From NCBI GenBank assembly GCA_964016885.1, contig OZ024741.1, forward strand, positions 294,252,001 to 294,316,000: 64,000 nt of DNA. The letters are read 5' to 3'. The translations under genes were made by a program, and so were the position numbers. The DNA comes from Eledone cirrhosa (Eukaryota). This document shows positions 50,735 through 64,000 of this stretch, piece by piece (the first letter of the stretch is position 1; each line of letters starts with the position of its first letter). A model generated the notes under the pieces. The model saw only the letters and a program-made list of their open reading frames with translations. It was not told where the DNA came from and did no database searches.

Positions 50735-51285
50735 TGATTTTATGTTCATTTTTACATGTTTGCATGGGTTAAACAAGTCATCTCAAATACAGCATTTCTG
50801 CATTTTTCTGTTTCCTTTCTCATCTCATGTGTGAGGCTCAGCATCCTGAGATCAGCCTTCACCATCTCTGTTCATGTCTTACTTGGTCTTCCTCTGCCAT
50901 GACTTCCTTATACTTGAATATTTTAACACTTCCTTAGCCAGCTATCATCCTCCATATGCATTACATGTCCAAATCTGTGCAATTGCAATCTTTACTCCAG
51001 CACAAATCATTGAACTTCTCTTATGCTCATCTTACTGATGGCTCATTTGTACTTTGTCATTTATCTACATTAAAGTTACACATACAGCAGAACATGTTTG
51101 ATTTATGTTTGTCTTGCATTTGCATATCCTCTACATTCCCTGCCCATGTCACTATATCATGCAGCATGGCACAGTGGCATTATACATTATCTGCTTTCAT
51201 TGGTAAAAAAAAACCTCTTTGTTGCCAACAGAGGCAGCAGCTCTCTGGTCATTTTTCAGAGATCAGAGAGCAACTCTGATCTCTG
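50735..51285 (-). mobile_element. Old RTE 3' fragment
   Basis: Degenerate similarity to rc of 49700-50230 (GGAAGACCAAGTAAGACATG, TTTGGACATGTAATGCATATGGAGGATGA). Confidence 0.6.
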
Positions 51286-51783
51286 AATAAAAAATATAAT
51301 TTCATCCACAAATTTGTGTTTATAATTTATATGATAATATAAAGTATTGTGAGAATTGCACTCACAACCTGGTCAATGCCCTTCTCTGACAACAGCCATC
51401 TCCATTTGCAATAGTTCTTTCTTCAGGCTTCTTTTTCTTCTTTTTCTTCTATCTATTTGACATTTATATTATTCATGTACACACATTCATGTATTCTTAA
51501 ATCTTTATATTTGTGTATATATATTATAAGTAGATGCACCTCTTTATGATAGTGTGTGTATATTTATATGTGTGTGTGTGTGCATTTGTCTTAACATAGA
51601 TTGATTATATTGTGTATTAATATATAATTGATTCAATATAATCAATATTCATTTTTAAAGAGACATTTTTTCTGTAGAGTTAACAAATTTATACATTAGT
51701 ACATATAAATATATGTATATGTTCGTACATATGTATGTTTATATGTATAAACATATAAAGTTCTTAAACTTTACAGTAGAAAT

Positions 51784-51832
<49 letters not shown>

Positions 51833-51864
51833 CACACATATATATGCACACACACACACACACC

Positions 51865-51924
<60 letters not shown>

Positions 51925-51981
51925 AACACACACACACACATATGTGTGTGTGTGTATGTGTGTGTGCGTGTGTGTGTGTAC

Positions 51982-52510
51982 ATATATTAAGAAGTGCATT
52001 AGCAGCGGAAGTATTTGATAAAGTTATATCTGTATAAATACAGAATGTGTAACCAAGGCTGAAACAATGTGTATATAAATGTACACATTTTTAATACAAA
52101 TTTTCATGTAAATTGGAATAAATATAAACACCTTTAATCGATTTTTAGGTCTAATTGGATTCTCATCAGAAGGTGTATATATCATCCACCCAAGGAGACA
52201 TGTATTTGATGGGTATATATTCCCATTTGCTCTTAGTATTATCCCAAAATAGACATACTAATTTGCAAAATTTGCATATAATTAGTGCTGTGTTGGTAAT
52301 TAATTAGAATATATATTAAGAAGTGCATTAACAGCCAAAGTTTATGCTAAGTTATATCTGTATAAATACAATGTATGTAACCGAGACTGTAACAATGTGT
52401 ACATGAATATACACATATCTAATATGTAGACATGTAAACAGCCCAGAAAATATAAATTTCCCTGTAAATGGAAATACGGATTAACACCTCTAATCGACTT
52501 TTGGGGTTTG
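51982..52510 (-). mobile_element. Two diverged direct repeats (51982-52180, 52311-52510) of a PLE-type terminal sequence with degenerate HHR (family H, 52129-52176)
   Basis: ATATATTAAGAAGTGCATTA...ACACCT(T/C)TAATCGA twice. rc ACACCTT-CTGATGA-...-AAAA-ATCGAT-TA-AAGGTGT. Confidence 0.55.
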
Positions 52511-53581
52511 ATAAAATAAGGTTACGGCACAAGGTAATAAATTGATGGAATTGTTAAAATGTCAGATGAGATAACTTACAGTATTTGCCCCCTGGTAATC
52601 TTTGCCTTTCATCCCTCCTGATCCAATAAAATATAGTACCAGTCAAGTACTGGGGTTGATTTAATCATTTAATAGATTCCCTTAAAAATCTGACTTTGTG
52701 GCTATATTAAAATTTTTTTAATTATAACATTGGGTTTACTTATGAGCACTGGAGAAATTAAAAAATATGTTTCTTTTTTTTGAAAAGCTGCCATGCCGCA
52801 AATGAACTCTAAATAAAATGAGTAAAATACCTTTGGGCATGGATAAAAGTGGACAGAAATCCCTGCCTAAATTGAACAATACATCTGCCATATACTGGAT
52901 GACCATCTGGAGAGAGGGGTAATAATCACAGAGCATTAATGTGAAAATTAATTTACAGAACTCTATATTTACTATCATATTTTCATCAAAGGGTTTCTGT
53001 TTAATTTTTAATGTATTGTTAGAAGCTTTTGGAAAATGTTTTTTTTTTTTTTAAATGTTTATTATTTTAGTGTTTTTACAAATTTCGTACACACAAAACC
53101 CATATTGGACCACCCTGTATCGCCCTGTACCATCTTTAATGTTTTCTTAATGTGAGCTCTTTGTGACTAATAGAGGGAAATCATTTTAATCATAGAATTT
53201 AATAAAACACTGAAAAATGCAGTGCTCCCACTGCTTGCAGCAGAACATATTTGAACAAGTTAAGCTTATTTTATACTGGTCCAGTAGCTGTGTAAGAAAT
53301 ATCAATCTCCCAACCCTGCACCCCTTATTTTGTTGGAAGTTTAACACAGAGGTTCCAAATCTGGAGTTAGCAGGAGGTTCTACAAATATAGAAGTAAGGG
53401 CATCTGTAATCTAAATTCAAAGTTTCAAATACTTTCTAAAAACGTATTATGCACATGCTAGAGAGTATCCAGTCTTCTCTAAGTATAAACATTTTTCTTT
53501 TCATTTGATTGTTATTCTCACTGCATAACAATCTGGATAGAGGTGGAATAATCATAGGGGTTAATGTGAAAATTCCTTTAA

Positions 53582-53801
53582 CCCTTTAGCATTACAGTAC
53601 TCTATATTTACTATTATATTTTCATGGTAAAGGCTTTACCTCACATAATTATCTCACATAATATCGAATCTATGAGATTTTGATGTCATTTATTTTAAGA
53701 ACAATATCTCAACATCAGTATGAGTGGCTGGTTACAGCTGGTTTGAACAGAAAGAGGTGAGAGAATTCTAGCTGGATATGGCCAGTTTAAATGCTAAAGG
53801 G
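53582..53801. mobile_element. piggyBac-type MITE
   Basis: TTAA|CCCTTTAGCATT ... AATGCTAAAGGG|TTAA: 12-bp TIR and TTAA target duplication. Confidence 0.8.
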
Positions 53802-54277
53802 TTAAATAAAATTCCTTATTAGTGAAAAGATTTAAATATACTTATGGGTATTAGGCTGTTATTCAGTAGCCAATTAATGAGGCATTAACAATCCATAAAA
53901 TTCAAATTTAACATTGATAATGAATTTTGAGAAGTATGTGTACAGTAATGAGGTAATAATTCTACATTCATTTTCAACAATATTTACATCTTTTTAAAAT
54001 TTCCACTTTGGTCTTTTTCTTATTTTTCACACTTGCTACAGAGATAAAAACGAAGAGTTTTGATAGTTTATAGCCCACATCATTCTGCTGTGTGGTCTCT
54101 TGACTATAGTAAAATTCCTTGAATTTCTTAATAGATCTTTGAAAATTCATTGCTTCTCTCACAATATGGACACCAGCTTGGTTTATAGCAATCAAGAGGC
54201 AGTTTATCTAGCAAAAAGTAAATTTTATTACCATCATAAAGAAATGATTGTTGTTGATGATGCTGCTGCTATTATTA

Positions 54278-55210
54278 AGGTGGTGTATTGGCAGATTCAT
54301 TAGAAAGTTGGATAAAATGCCTTGTGGTATTTTTTCTAGATATTTATGTTCTGAGATCCTATACTCTTGAGGTTAACTTTGCCTTTCATCTTTCCAGGTT
54401 CGATAAAATCAAATACTAATCCAGTTCAGATTTTATTGACTCCCCTATCCATACACACACACAGACAATTGTTGGCCTTGGGCTTAAATCAGAAACATTT
54501 ATTATGGTTGTATTTGTTGTTGTTGTTATTATTTTAGTGAATTGATATGGCGGTGGATTGGCAGTATCGATAGAGGGTCGGACGCCATGCTTTGACGCAT
54601 AGAGTTACCGGCCTTGCCATTCTGAGTTCAAATCCTGCCGAGGTTAACTTTGCCTTTCATCCTTACGGGGTCAATAAAATAAAGAACCAGTAATGCACTG
54701 GGTAATTACTGGCCTTGTGCCAAAAAGTAGAAACAATTATTTTAGTGAATTAGCCGAGTCATTATTGCATTAGGCATAATACCTGACATTATTTCATTCT
54801 TATGGTGGATTGGCAGTATCGGTAGGAGGTCGGACACCATGCTTTGCAGCAAAGATTTACGGCCTTTTATGGTCTGAGTTCAAATCCTGCCGAGGTTAAC
54901 TTTGCCTTTCATCCTTACGGGGTCGATAATATAAAGTACGAGTAATACACTGGGATAATTGCTGGCCTTGTGCCAAAAGTAGAAACAATTATTTCATTCT
55001 TTCAGTGTTGATAAAATAAAGAATCAGTAATATACTGGGGTCGATTTAATCGACTTCCCCTCTCCCTCAAAAATTGTTGGTCTTGTGCCTAAATCAGAAA
55101 CCATTATTTAACCATGTCACTTTACAGTTGCTGTTCAAATATCACCAAGATCAACTTCGCCTTTCATACTTCTAGGGTTGAAAAAATTGAGTACCATTGA
55201 AATACTGGAG
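54278..55210 (+). mobile_element. Tandem array of ~5 Meta-like SINE copies/fragments
   Basis: Copies ~54278-54500, 54548-54742, 54803-54992 and fragments 55005-55110, 55150-55210, all in the same orientation. Confidence 0.85.
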
Positions 55211-55219
55211 TTAACTTAA

Positions 55220-55857
55220 TTGGATGTGTAATAGTAATATACATGAATGGCAAAGCATAAACAAATTGAGAGAAAGACTAGGCATAAGAGGTATTAAATG
55301 TTGTGTACAGGAGAGAAGATTATATTGGTATGGACATGTGATGTGTATGAAGGATGACAGCTGCATAAAAATGTGCAGAGCACTAAAAGTCGATGGAAGC
55401 CTTGCAGTGAGGAGACCCAAGAAGACCTGGGATGAGGTGATACAAGCTGATCTTGCCTAATTTCCCCCTCTCAAAGGTGATGACGCAGGACCGAGATATC
55501 TGGCATTACACAGTAATACAGAAGACCCGACTTCCCACAGATACAAACCGAAGCTGAAGCATGTAGACAATATGCCCCCACCTCCTCCCACTGTAAAGTG
55601 GTCATGTAGGTGTCATGAAAAAAAAAGCACCCAGTCTACTCTGTAAAGTGGTCATGTAGGTGCCACAATAAAAAGCACCCAGTACTCACAGTAAATGAGG
55701 TTGGTATTAGGAAGGGCATCCAGCTGTAGGAATCAAGCCAAAATTAGTTCTGTATGAGCAAGACATGGTCACTTGACCTGGCATTGCTCACAACAGGACA
55801 ACCCCTCAAACTCATGCTAGTGTGGAAGAATGGACGTAAAACAGTGATGATGATGAT
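55220..55857 (+). mobile_element. RTE LINE 3' fragment with composite 3'UTR
   Basis: ORF 55224-55460 RRLYWYGHVMCMKDDSCIK...RPKKTWDEVI. 3'UTR matches 23070-23388. Confidence 0.9.
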
Positions 55858-56914
55858 TGTGGCCTGTACTCCAAATTTGTGACATTGTACCATGCCAATT
55901 ATAGAGCCATTAAAAAATTAGTTTATTTCTAAATTATGTAATTTAATGCCTTTAGCTTAAAACAGACTTTAACTAACTAAATTTTTCAAATTTTCTTCTT
56001 TTTTTTTTCAAATTAATTGAAAAAGAATTGCATTGTACTTCATTAGAAATATGGCAACATGAGGGTTAACTTTAGTTATTTGCATTAGTGGGAGTCAGAT
56101 TTTGCTACATTGTACCATTGATGGTGGTGGGATATGAATTATTAACTTTCAGATACTTGTTGTTTTTAGACCCCTATAGTCAAACAAGTTCCATCAAGCT
56201 ACCATCAAGCTCTTTTGTATATCAGGGTCTTATCATCATCATAACCATCATCAGTATTCATTTCATGCCTGTACATCCATGCTGGCATGGATTGAATATG
56301 CTACCATTTATGAAGTCAATTCTTATTTCCAGTTACTGCATTCCTAGACAGGTCAAAGGACCACATCTTGCTCATACACACCATTTTAAAGCATGAGTTT
56401 TATGGATGGATAACTTTCCTAACCCCAGCTATTTTACAACGTGTACTAGGTGTATTTTATCATGGCACCACGGCTTGACCTTACATTATCTCCATTCATT
56501 CATTAACCACTCTGCAGAGTGTACTTTGTATAGCACAATGTGTCCTTCCTCTTTTTTTTTTTTTAAGTCAGCAGTTTAGCTGCTACTCCTAGAAAGTTGA
56601 GTAATTACACAGTGAGGCAATCCATCACATAGTAATATGATGCAATATTAATTGGGCTGAAATGGTGAGAACTGGTCCCATATCAGTTGACTTGACAGCA
56701 GAGAGGACAAAGTAATGCAGTAGGTGAAAGGAGGCTGTGCTGGAGTACACCTGGCCAATCTATGGAAAGATGGACATAAGATGATGATGACATCACAGTA
56801 AATTGTATTTAATTGTGTATAGTGCACATCTGAAATCGTAATTGAAAGATGGCTGATCCTAATTCAGATTCTATTTGTCATCAGTCATATATATGTAAAA
56901 AATCGTGATTTTAT

Positions 56915-57510
56915 TTTAACCATGCAGCTTGTGTTAACCATACAGCTAATATTAAGCTACAGCTTATGTCAACCATACGGCTTGTTAACCATATAGTTTA
57001 TGATAACCATACAGCTTGTTAACCTTATAGCTTATGTTAACCATACAGCTTATGTTAGCCAAACAGCTTAGGTTAACCATTCAGTTTAGGTTAACCATAT
57101 AGCTTGTTAAACATGCAGCTTATGGTAACCATATAGCTTGTATTAACCATTCAGCTTAGGTTAACCATATAGCTTGTTAATCATGCAGTATATGTTAACC
57201 ATATAGTTTATATTAACCATTCAGCTTAGGTTAACCATACAGCTTGTTAATCATAAAGTTTATGTTAGCCATACAGTTTATATTAACCATACAGCTTAGG
57301 TTAACCATACAGCTTATGTTAACCATACAGCTTATATTAACCATTCAGCTTAGGTTAACCATACAGCTTATGTTAGCCATGCAACTTATGTTAGCCATGC
57401 AACTTATGTTAACCATACAGCTTAGGTTAGCCATTCAGCTTACCTTAACCATGCAACATGTTAACCATACAGCTTAGGTAAGCTATGCAATTTATATTAG
57501 CCATGCAACT
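56915..57510. repeat. 18-bp minisatellite (with 16-bp variants), ~33 copies
   Basis: Unit TTAACCATACAGCTTATG. Confidence 0.93.
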
Positions 57511-58157
57511 TGGGATATGTACTATCAGGTTAGTATTTCTGTTATGAAAAGCATAGAAAAGAACAAAGTGTGGGAGGACATTACTTTTTGGCTGCAGGTG
57601 AGATGACATGGATTTACAACTAACTTTAGAAGCATTGATTCCAAAAAAGGCAAATAATAAGTGGTGGTAAGAGATAAGCCAAGCAAGATGCCAGGGACAT
57701 GTCATAATGGTGAAAAAACATAAAATAAAAATAAATAAATAAATAAAACCAAAAATGATAAAAATAAAGAAAAATATATTTGGCATATGTACGAGGAAAT
57801 CTTGGCAAATATTCTTGCTTGGAGAATTTGGCGATTTCCATTTGTAACTTATTATATTCATTGAATATACATCAATCTGACATAAAAGAATGATGTGTAT
57901 AAATAAATGAATGGCTGACTGGATGTATAAATACACAAGGTAAGATAAATAATATGGCATGAGAATAAGAAAAAATCTGAAGTGAAATCAATCAATATCT
58001 GATTCAGAGAAATTTGGTAAATAGATTGATTCTTTGCTAAGTCATCTTCAAAGAGCCATGTGTGATGGATGTTATGCAGAGGAAATGCTCCAGAAACTAA
58101 GAAACAAAAAGACCTATCTTAGACAAACAGTGATGATGATGAACACACACACACACA

Positions 58158-58229
<72 letters not shown>

Positions 58230-58330
58230 ACACACATACACACACATGTAACACATGTATATATATATATATATATATACTTGTGTGTGTATGTAAATAT
58301 GTGTGTATGCATGTGTGTGCATATGATATT

Positions 58331-58373
<43 letters not shown>

Positions 58374-58426
58374 AGGTGTTTTTACTTTCCATTTTATGTT
58401 TTGACTTGCAAAGTCGGTATTGGGCT

Positions 58427-58970
58427 GGAAGCTGGTGGCCAATAAATTCAGACGTTTTCATGCATGTTCATGCTAGGCTTTAGATATGCCATAGCTCACA
58501 GGCACCATAGCTTGATTTGGAAGCTGGTAGACGATAAATTCAGACGTTTTCATGCATGTCTAGGCTAGGCTTTAGATGTACCATAGTTCACAGGCACGAT
58601 AGCTTGGTTTGGAAGCTGGTAGCCTATAAATTCAGATGTTTTCATGCATGTCTATGCTAGGCTTTAGATATACCATAGCTCACAGGCACCATAGCTTGGT
58701 TTAGAAGATGGTGTCCTATAAATTCAGATGTTTTCATGCATGTCTATGCTAGGCTTTAGATATACCATAGCTCACAGGCACCATAGCTTGGTTTAGAAGA
58801 TGGTGTCCTATAAATTCAGATGTTTTCATGCATGTCTAGGCTAGGCTTTAGATATACCATAGCTCACAGGCACCATAGCTTGGTTTAGAAGATGGTGTCC
58901 TATAAATTCAGATGTTTTCATGCATGTCTAGGCTAGGCTTTAGATGTATCGTAGCTCACAGGCATAATAG
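58427..58970. repeat. 92-bp tandem repeat, ~6 copies
   Basis: GGAAGCTGGT...ATAAATTCAGA(C/T)GTTTTCATGCATG...GCTAGGCTTTAGAT...CACAGGCACCATAGCTTG recurs at 58427, 58519, 58611, 58703, 58795 and 58887. Confidence 0.95.
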
Positions 58971-59284
58971 ATTCCTTTCTCATCACAATATACAATACCA
59001 GAAATGTATTTGTTGATTCACTTATAATAGGCATCGACACCACCCATCAGGGAGATTTTTTAAGTCAACAGGAATTTACAAATGCTTGGCCATCACTGGT
59101 TATTCTCATTGTAGAAGTGTTTATTTAAAACTTCCTTTCAATTCTGCTTCTTTCCCATATCATGCTGACTATCAACCTGACAACTGAGGCAAAATTTGGT
59201 AATACACACATTTTACAATAAATTTTCATACAAATGATGCCACCAGGGGACAAATGATAGTTATTATTGAGTTAAAATCTTGCT

Positions 59285-59806
59285 ACAGTTAGCTTTGCCA
59301 TTCATCCTTACGGGGTCGATAAACTAAAGTACCAATCACACACTGAAGTCAATTTAAACGACTTTCTCCTCCCCCAAAATTGATGGTCTCATGCCTAAAT
59401 CAGAAACCATTATTATTAGGGCGGTGGATTGGCAGTATCGGTAGAGAGTCAGACGCCATGCTATCCAGCATAGTTACGTCCCTTTATGGTCTGAGTTCAA
59501 ATCCCGCCAAGGTTTACTTTGCCTTTCATCCTTACGGGGTCGATAAAATAAAGTACCAGTAATGCACTGGGTAATTGCTGGCCTTGTGCCTACAGTAGAA
59601 ACAATTATTATTAGGGCAGTGGATTGGCAGTATCGGTAGAAGGTTGGATGCTATTCTTTGCAGTATAGAGTTATGGCCCTTTATGGTCTGAGTTCAAATT
59701 CCACCGAGGTTAACTTTGCCTTTCATCCTCACGGGGTCAATAAGATAAAACCAGCTATGCACTGGGGTAATTGCTGGTCTTGTGCCAAAAGTAAAATCAA
59801 TTATTG
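59285..59806 (+). mobile_element. Three head-to-tail Meta-like SINEs joined by (TTA)n
   Basis: ...GAAACCATTATTATTA|GGGCGGTGG... at 59419 and ...GAAACAATTATTATTA|GGGCAGTGG... at 59614. Confidence 0.9.
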
Positions 59807-60324
59807 TTTGTGTGTTTTCTTTTCCTTCAGTTCAATATTGTTTCTAAGCAAGGCTGTGTTGTTTGCTTTAAACAATATAGTTTCAGGGTTGATTCCACTG
59901 TGACACCTTGGGCAAGTGTTTTTTTCTCTAGCCCTCTGGTTGATTAATGTTTTGCAAATGAAATTGGGAAGGCAGAAACTGTGTGGAAGCCTGTCATATA
60001 TATGTGTGTGTTTGTATTTATCTCTGTGTGTATCTTCACATTGACACTACTTGGGCAGCCAGTGACATTTTCTTTATGTTCTGTGTAAACCATATGTCCC
60101 ATTGTTCAGTGGATTAAGTATCTTAAATAAATAAGCAAAAAGCATGCGTTAACATCAAAAAGGGCATCTCTCTATAGAATATTACCTTAAAAATGTTTCA
60201 TGTAACCTATGCCAGCATGAATGGAAAATTGGATGTAATAAAACACTGATCATTATGTATGTATTTCAAGGAAATAATATATTTATGAGATATATCTGTG
60301 ATATATATATATATATAAACGATG

Positions 60325-61935
60325 CTACAATTTTTTCTGGATGGAGAATGGCAGTAGGCTGGTGGGAGTGGGGATTATGGTAGCAGAAAAGTGCTACAAG
60401 GTAATTTCTGTAAATAGAGTGAATGATAGAATCATCAACCTTAGACTATACTAAATATAACAACTGTAACAATTATATCTGCATATATACACCTCAATTG
60501 GGACTAAAAGACATGTTCTGTGAATCACTAATGTACATGACCTCCCAAATAAGTGATGGTGACTTCATAATCATTGCTGTCAACTCTAATAGACTCGTTG
60601 GGCAATTTTGTGACAACTTCAAAGCAATCCACAGAAGTTACAGATTTAGTGCTAGAAATGAGGAAAATTCCAGGCTTCTGGAATTCTATGAAGCTAATGA
60701 TCTATCTATCTGTAACACAAACTTTAAAAAAAAAGAACCAACACTCACTTGATCACCTATAGATCAGGTGAACATGCTAGCCAGATAGACTTTATCCTCA
60801 CCAAAAGATGAAATAGAGTGACAGTTGTAAATACAAAGTCCTTCCCTGGTGAAGAATGCACCTCTAAACATAACCTAGAAGTTAGCGAGCACATAGTTAA
60901 AGCTAGACAAACTTGATAACATAGAAAAACCTGAAGGAGAAAAATATGGAAGTTAAAGGACCCTTGATGCTTTTGACAGTAAAGAAAACAGACACATACA
61001 ATATAGAGGAGCAGTGGGAATTCCTGAAAGATAACCTACTGAAGGGAACAAACAAAATCTATGGTTGAAGTAGGTCTCTATGGAGGAGTAGAATGATTTG
61101 GTGGGGGAACAGTAAGGTGGAGGAGACAATTTAAGCCAAAAGACAGACACGGGAAGAATGGAAGAATGGAAGAATAGAAGAATGAGGGAATGAGGGAAGT
61201 AGAGAGCACTACCAGGATGCTAGGAGAGAAGCTAGGCAACAGGTATACTTTGCAATAAGGGAAATAGAAAATAAGATATTCAAACGTGTTCTGAAATATG
61301 AGGACCACAGGCATGAGGTGTTCAAGATTGTGAGGCAGTATGTCAGAGAAAATTGTAATGTTGATGGAAAGAGAAGTGTCCAAAATGATAATAGTGTGCT
61401 TGCACTCACTGACACTGGCATAGCAGCCTCATCTTTAACTGCTACAAAGGCAAAGGAGATGCTCTAGACAGAGAAACCTATAGAGTCATCAAGTTCATTG
61501 ACCAGGTCATGAAGGTCACAGAAAAAGTTATAGCACAGCTGGTCAGAGACTAAGTTAGTCTAAATAAGATGCAGTTCGGATTTGTGCCAGATAAAAGTAT
61601 CACTGATGCTCTCTTCTTTGTGAGGCAACTGCAGAAGAAGTACCTAGTTAAAAGTAAACCCCTATACTCATGAGGCAGTACAAGCCATGTATAGAGGAAC
61701 AGTCAGCAAGATTGGGATTAACAACGACTATAGTGAAGAATTTAGCATGTAGGTAGGAGTTAAGTCTGGCTGCCCATGGAGGCTTCTGTATGCTAATGAT
61801 TTAATCCTTATAGCTGAATCTATGGCAGATATAGAGAAGAAGAAATTCCAAACCTGGACGCAAAACTTCAAATCTATAGGTATTAAAGTTAACCTGGCAA
61901 AGACCAAGGTCTTAGTAAGTAGAAGGATAACAGGG
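60325..61935 (+). mobile_element. Old, internally deleted RTE LINE (APE and RT remnants)
   Basis: RNEENSRLLEFYEANDLSICNTNFKK, ITYRSGEHASQIDFIL, MQFGFVPDKSITDALFFVRQLQKKYL, LLYANDLILIAES. Confidence 0.85.
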
Positions 61936-62139
61936 GACATTTAATTAATTTATACTCTTTAATGAACTAATCAATGGCATTTATTTATGAGGCCCATAAA
62001 CAATAAATCCCTTAGTGGTTTGACAAACACCAGCAGTCATGAATAACCGTGGATTTGCATCTAGAAAGTTCGTCTCTGAGGGAGAAGTCTGGGTAAAGTG
62101 TTTCTGTGGAAGATCAGCAGTCATCCATAAATACTAGTC

Positions 62140-62335
62140 TCCTCCCTCCATGTCACCAATGTTGTCCAAGGGAAAGGCAAATGCTGATACAACTCGGCAC
62201 TATCTGACTGAACTGGAGCAATATGAAATAAAGTGTCTGGCTCAATGATACAATGCACCCTCCAGTCCTGGACTCAAACTCACAACCTTTCGATTGTGAA
62301 GCAAATGTTCTAACCACTAAGTCATGTGCTTTCAC
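62140..62335 (-). mobile_element. CORE-type tRNA SINE
   Basis: rc TGACTTAGTGGTTAGAAC...AGTTTGAGTCC...TTGAGCCAGACACTTTATTTCA. Confidence 0.7.
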
Positions 62336-62989
62336 ACTTGTATATACCATACTTAAAATAACATATAGTTAGCATTAGAAAGAGCATCCCACTCCCCAAA
62401 ATCTATCTTCAATATCTCGTCCAACCCATGCCATGCAAGCAGTGAAAAATTAGGTAAAATTAATGATGATGATAATGATGATGATATATTGATGATGGGT
62501 CTGTTGTAATTTTGACAGTTAGTTTCGAGTTATGTGATCAATTGAACAAACTAGTCAGGAAACTACAAAGGTCAGCTGAAAAGTTCACTAGCTTACAATA
62601 ATGCTAGAGCTGTGAAATCTTGCATACACTTATTTTAACTCTTCTTATTAATAACTGCATTGTTTCTTTCAAGGGACTATGTTGAAAGATAAACCTCATT
62701 TTGTAATTCCATGAGAGTATCTTGGTCAGCCTATGAACTTTTCATCTGACTCTTGCATATTGTAAGTGGTTGTGTATTTCACTGACATATTTGCCCTTAA
62801 TATAAACCTCAGGCCAAATCAGTGTGACAAAGTGTATGTCAAGGCTAGGTTTTTGAATTATTGCTGTAATCCTTCCAACAAGCTTCCACACAAGACTTGT
62901 TTACTTTTAGATTTGTTTGACCCTAGATCGTGAGTTCCCATCCAACCCTCCCAGCATGGAAATCTAAAAAAATGTCTAAAGTCTGTCGC

Positions 62990-63230
62990 AAGCCCTGAGG
63001 TTCATCAGGCCAGTGCTTTTTCTAGTTTCCATGGTGTTAAGTAATTGCGAGTACAAGACTCCTTCCTGGACAGGACACCACTACATCACATGGTTAAACC
63101 CTCAGCTATTGCTGGTATTCATTTTCAGCTGAGTATACTGAAATGAAGTGTTTTGCTTAAGAACACAACACACAACCTAGTCCAGGAATCGAATCCATGA
63201 CATTACTTACCACTAGACCACGCACCTCTA
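62990..63230 (-). mobile_element. CORE-type SINE (14765 subfamily)
   Basis: Homologous to 37130-37410. Confidence 0.72.
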
Positions 63231-64000
63231 GCATAGAAGGCAAACATAAAATGAAAATGATGTGTGTGTGAGTAAATATAGGGACACTGAAAACAATCAA
63301 ATATTAAACTGAAGAAAATCTAGAATAATAAAGAGATACACAAAAGATATTCAAGAATAGAAGAAATGCTTTTAAAACGATTTTGAAAAAAAAGAAACTT
63401 TAGTCAAAATTCTGCATGCTTGGATATTTAAACATTTGCTGCATAACATAAATCGAAAGTTCATTGACATTTTGAAGGTGTGAAAAATTATTATGGTGGG
63501 TCTGAAACATTACTGCTATTGCTGCTACTACTGCTATTGCTCATTATCAAGAAATGTTTCCAGGTCTTTAGTTTTGCAAATGTCATTGTTTTTAGGTGGA
63601 TATAAAGAAAAGGATATGCAAAGTGAGCAAGAAGGAATAGATAGAAATATATTCTTTCTGCCTGAAGAAAGAATTGAGAATTGGGTCATAGCAATAAAAG
63701 GTGGTGATATGTATCATCATAGTCATCATAATCATTGCCATCATTGATTTATGTCCATCTTCCATGCTATCATGGTTTAGATTGTTGTCCCGTTCTTTGA
63801 CTATATGTCAGGTGACCACACCTTGCACATGCATACCAGTTGGGCATGGTTTCTATGGCTGTATGCCCTTCCTAATGCCAATTACTCTACAATATGTACT
63901 CAGTACATTTTATAGTGGTAGTGGTTGATGGTTGTAGTGATGGTGGGTATTGGTGGTGGTGTTGGTGATGGTGGTAGCGGTAGTGATGACAATGGTGGAT

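Noticed and set aside
53095-53122. TACAGGGTGGTCC (rc), resembling a Tc1/mariner terminus
   Set aside because: No matching opposite terminus or transposase found
58427-58970. CRISPR-like appearance of tandem arrays (also 15912-16385 and 35832-36235)
   Set aside because: No unique spacers, no cas genes, eukaryotic context

Overview
AT-rich, microsatellite-dense animal genomic DNA. The SINE/LINE repertoire looks like an octopod cephalopod, which is my inference. I recognise no intact host gene; there are only a few candidate splice signals. The window is mostly transposon debris: a 4-kb 5'-truncated Tx1-clade LINE in (TTA)n, about 10 RTE-clade LINE fragments (three with a PHD-type finger inside the RT), a short bipartite RTE derivative in (TA)n, two tRNA-derived SINE families, a Helitron remnant, a piggyBac-type MITE and several minisatellites. 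The most notable signal is a dense set of Penelope-like element (PLE) remnants. They carry type I hammerhead ribozyme (HHR) motifs of roughly eight sequence families, many in fold-back inverted repeats in (TA)n. In two unrelated families the fold-back axis lies in ribozyme stem II. Most ORF-track entries are microsatellite artefacts. Coordinates were read by eye and element boundaries are approximate.
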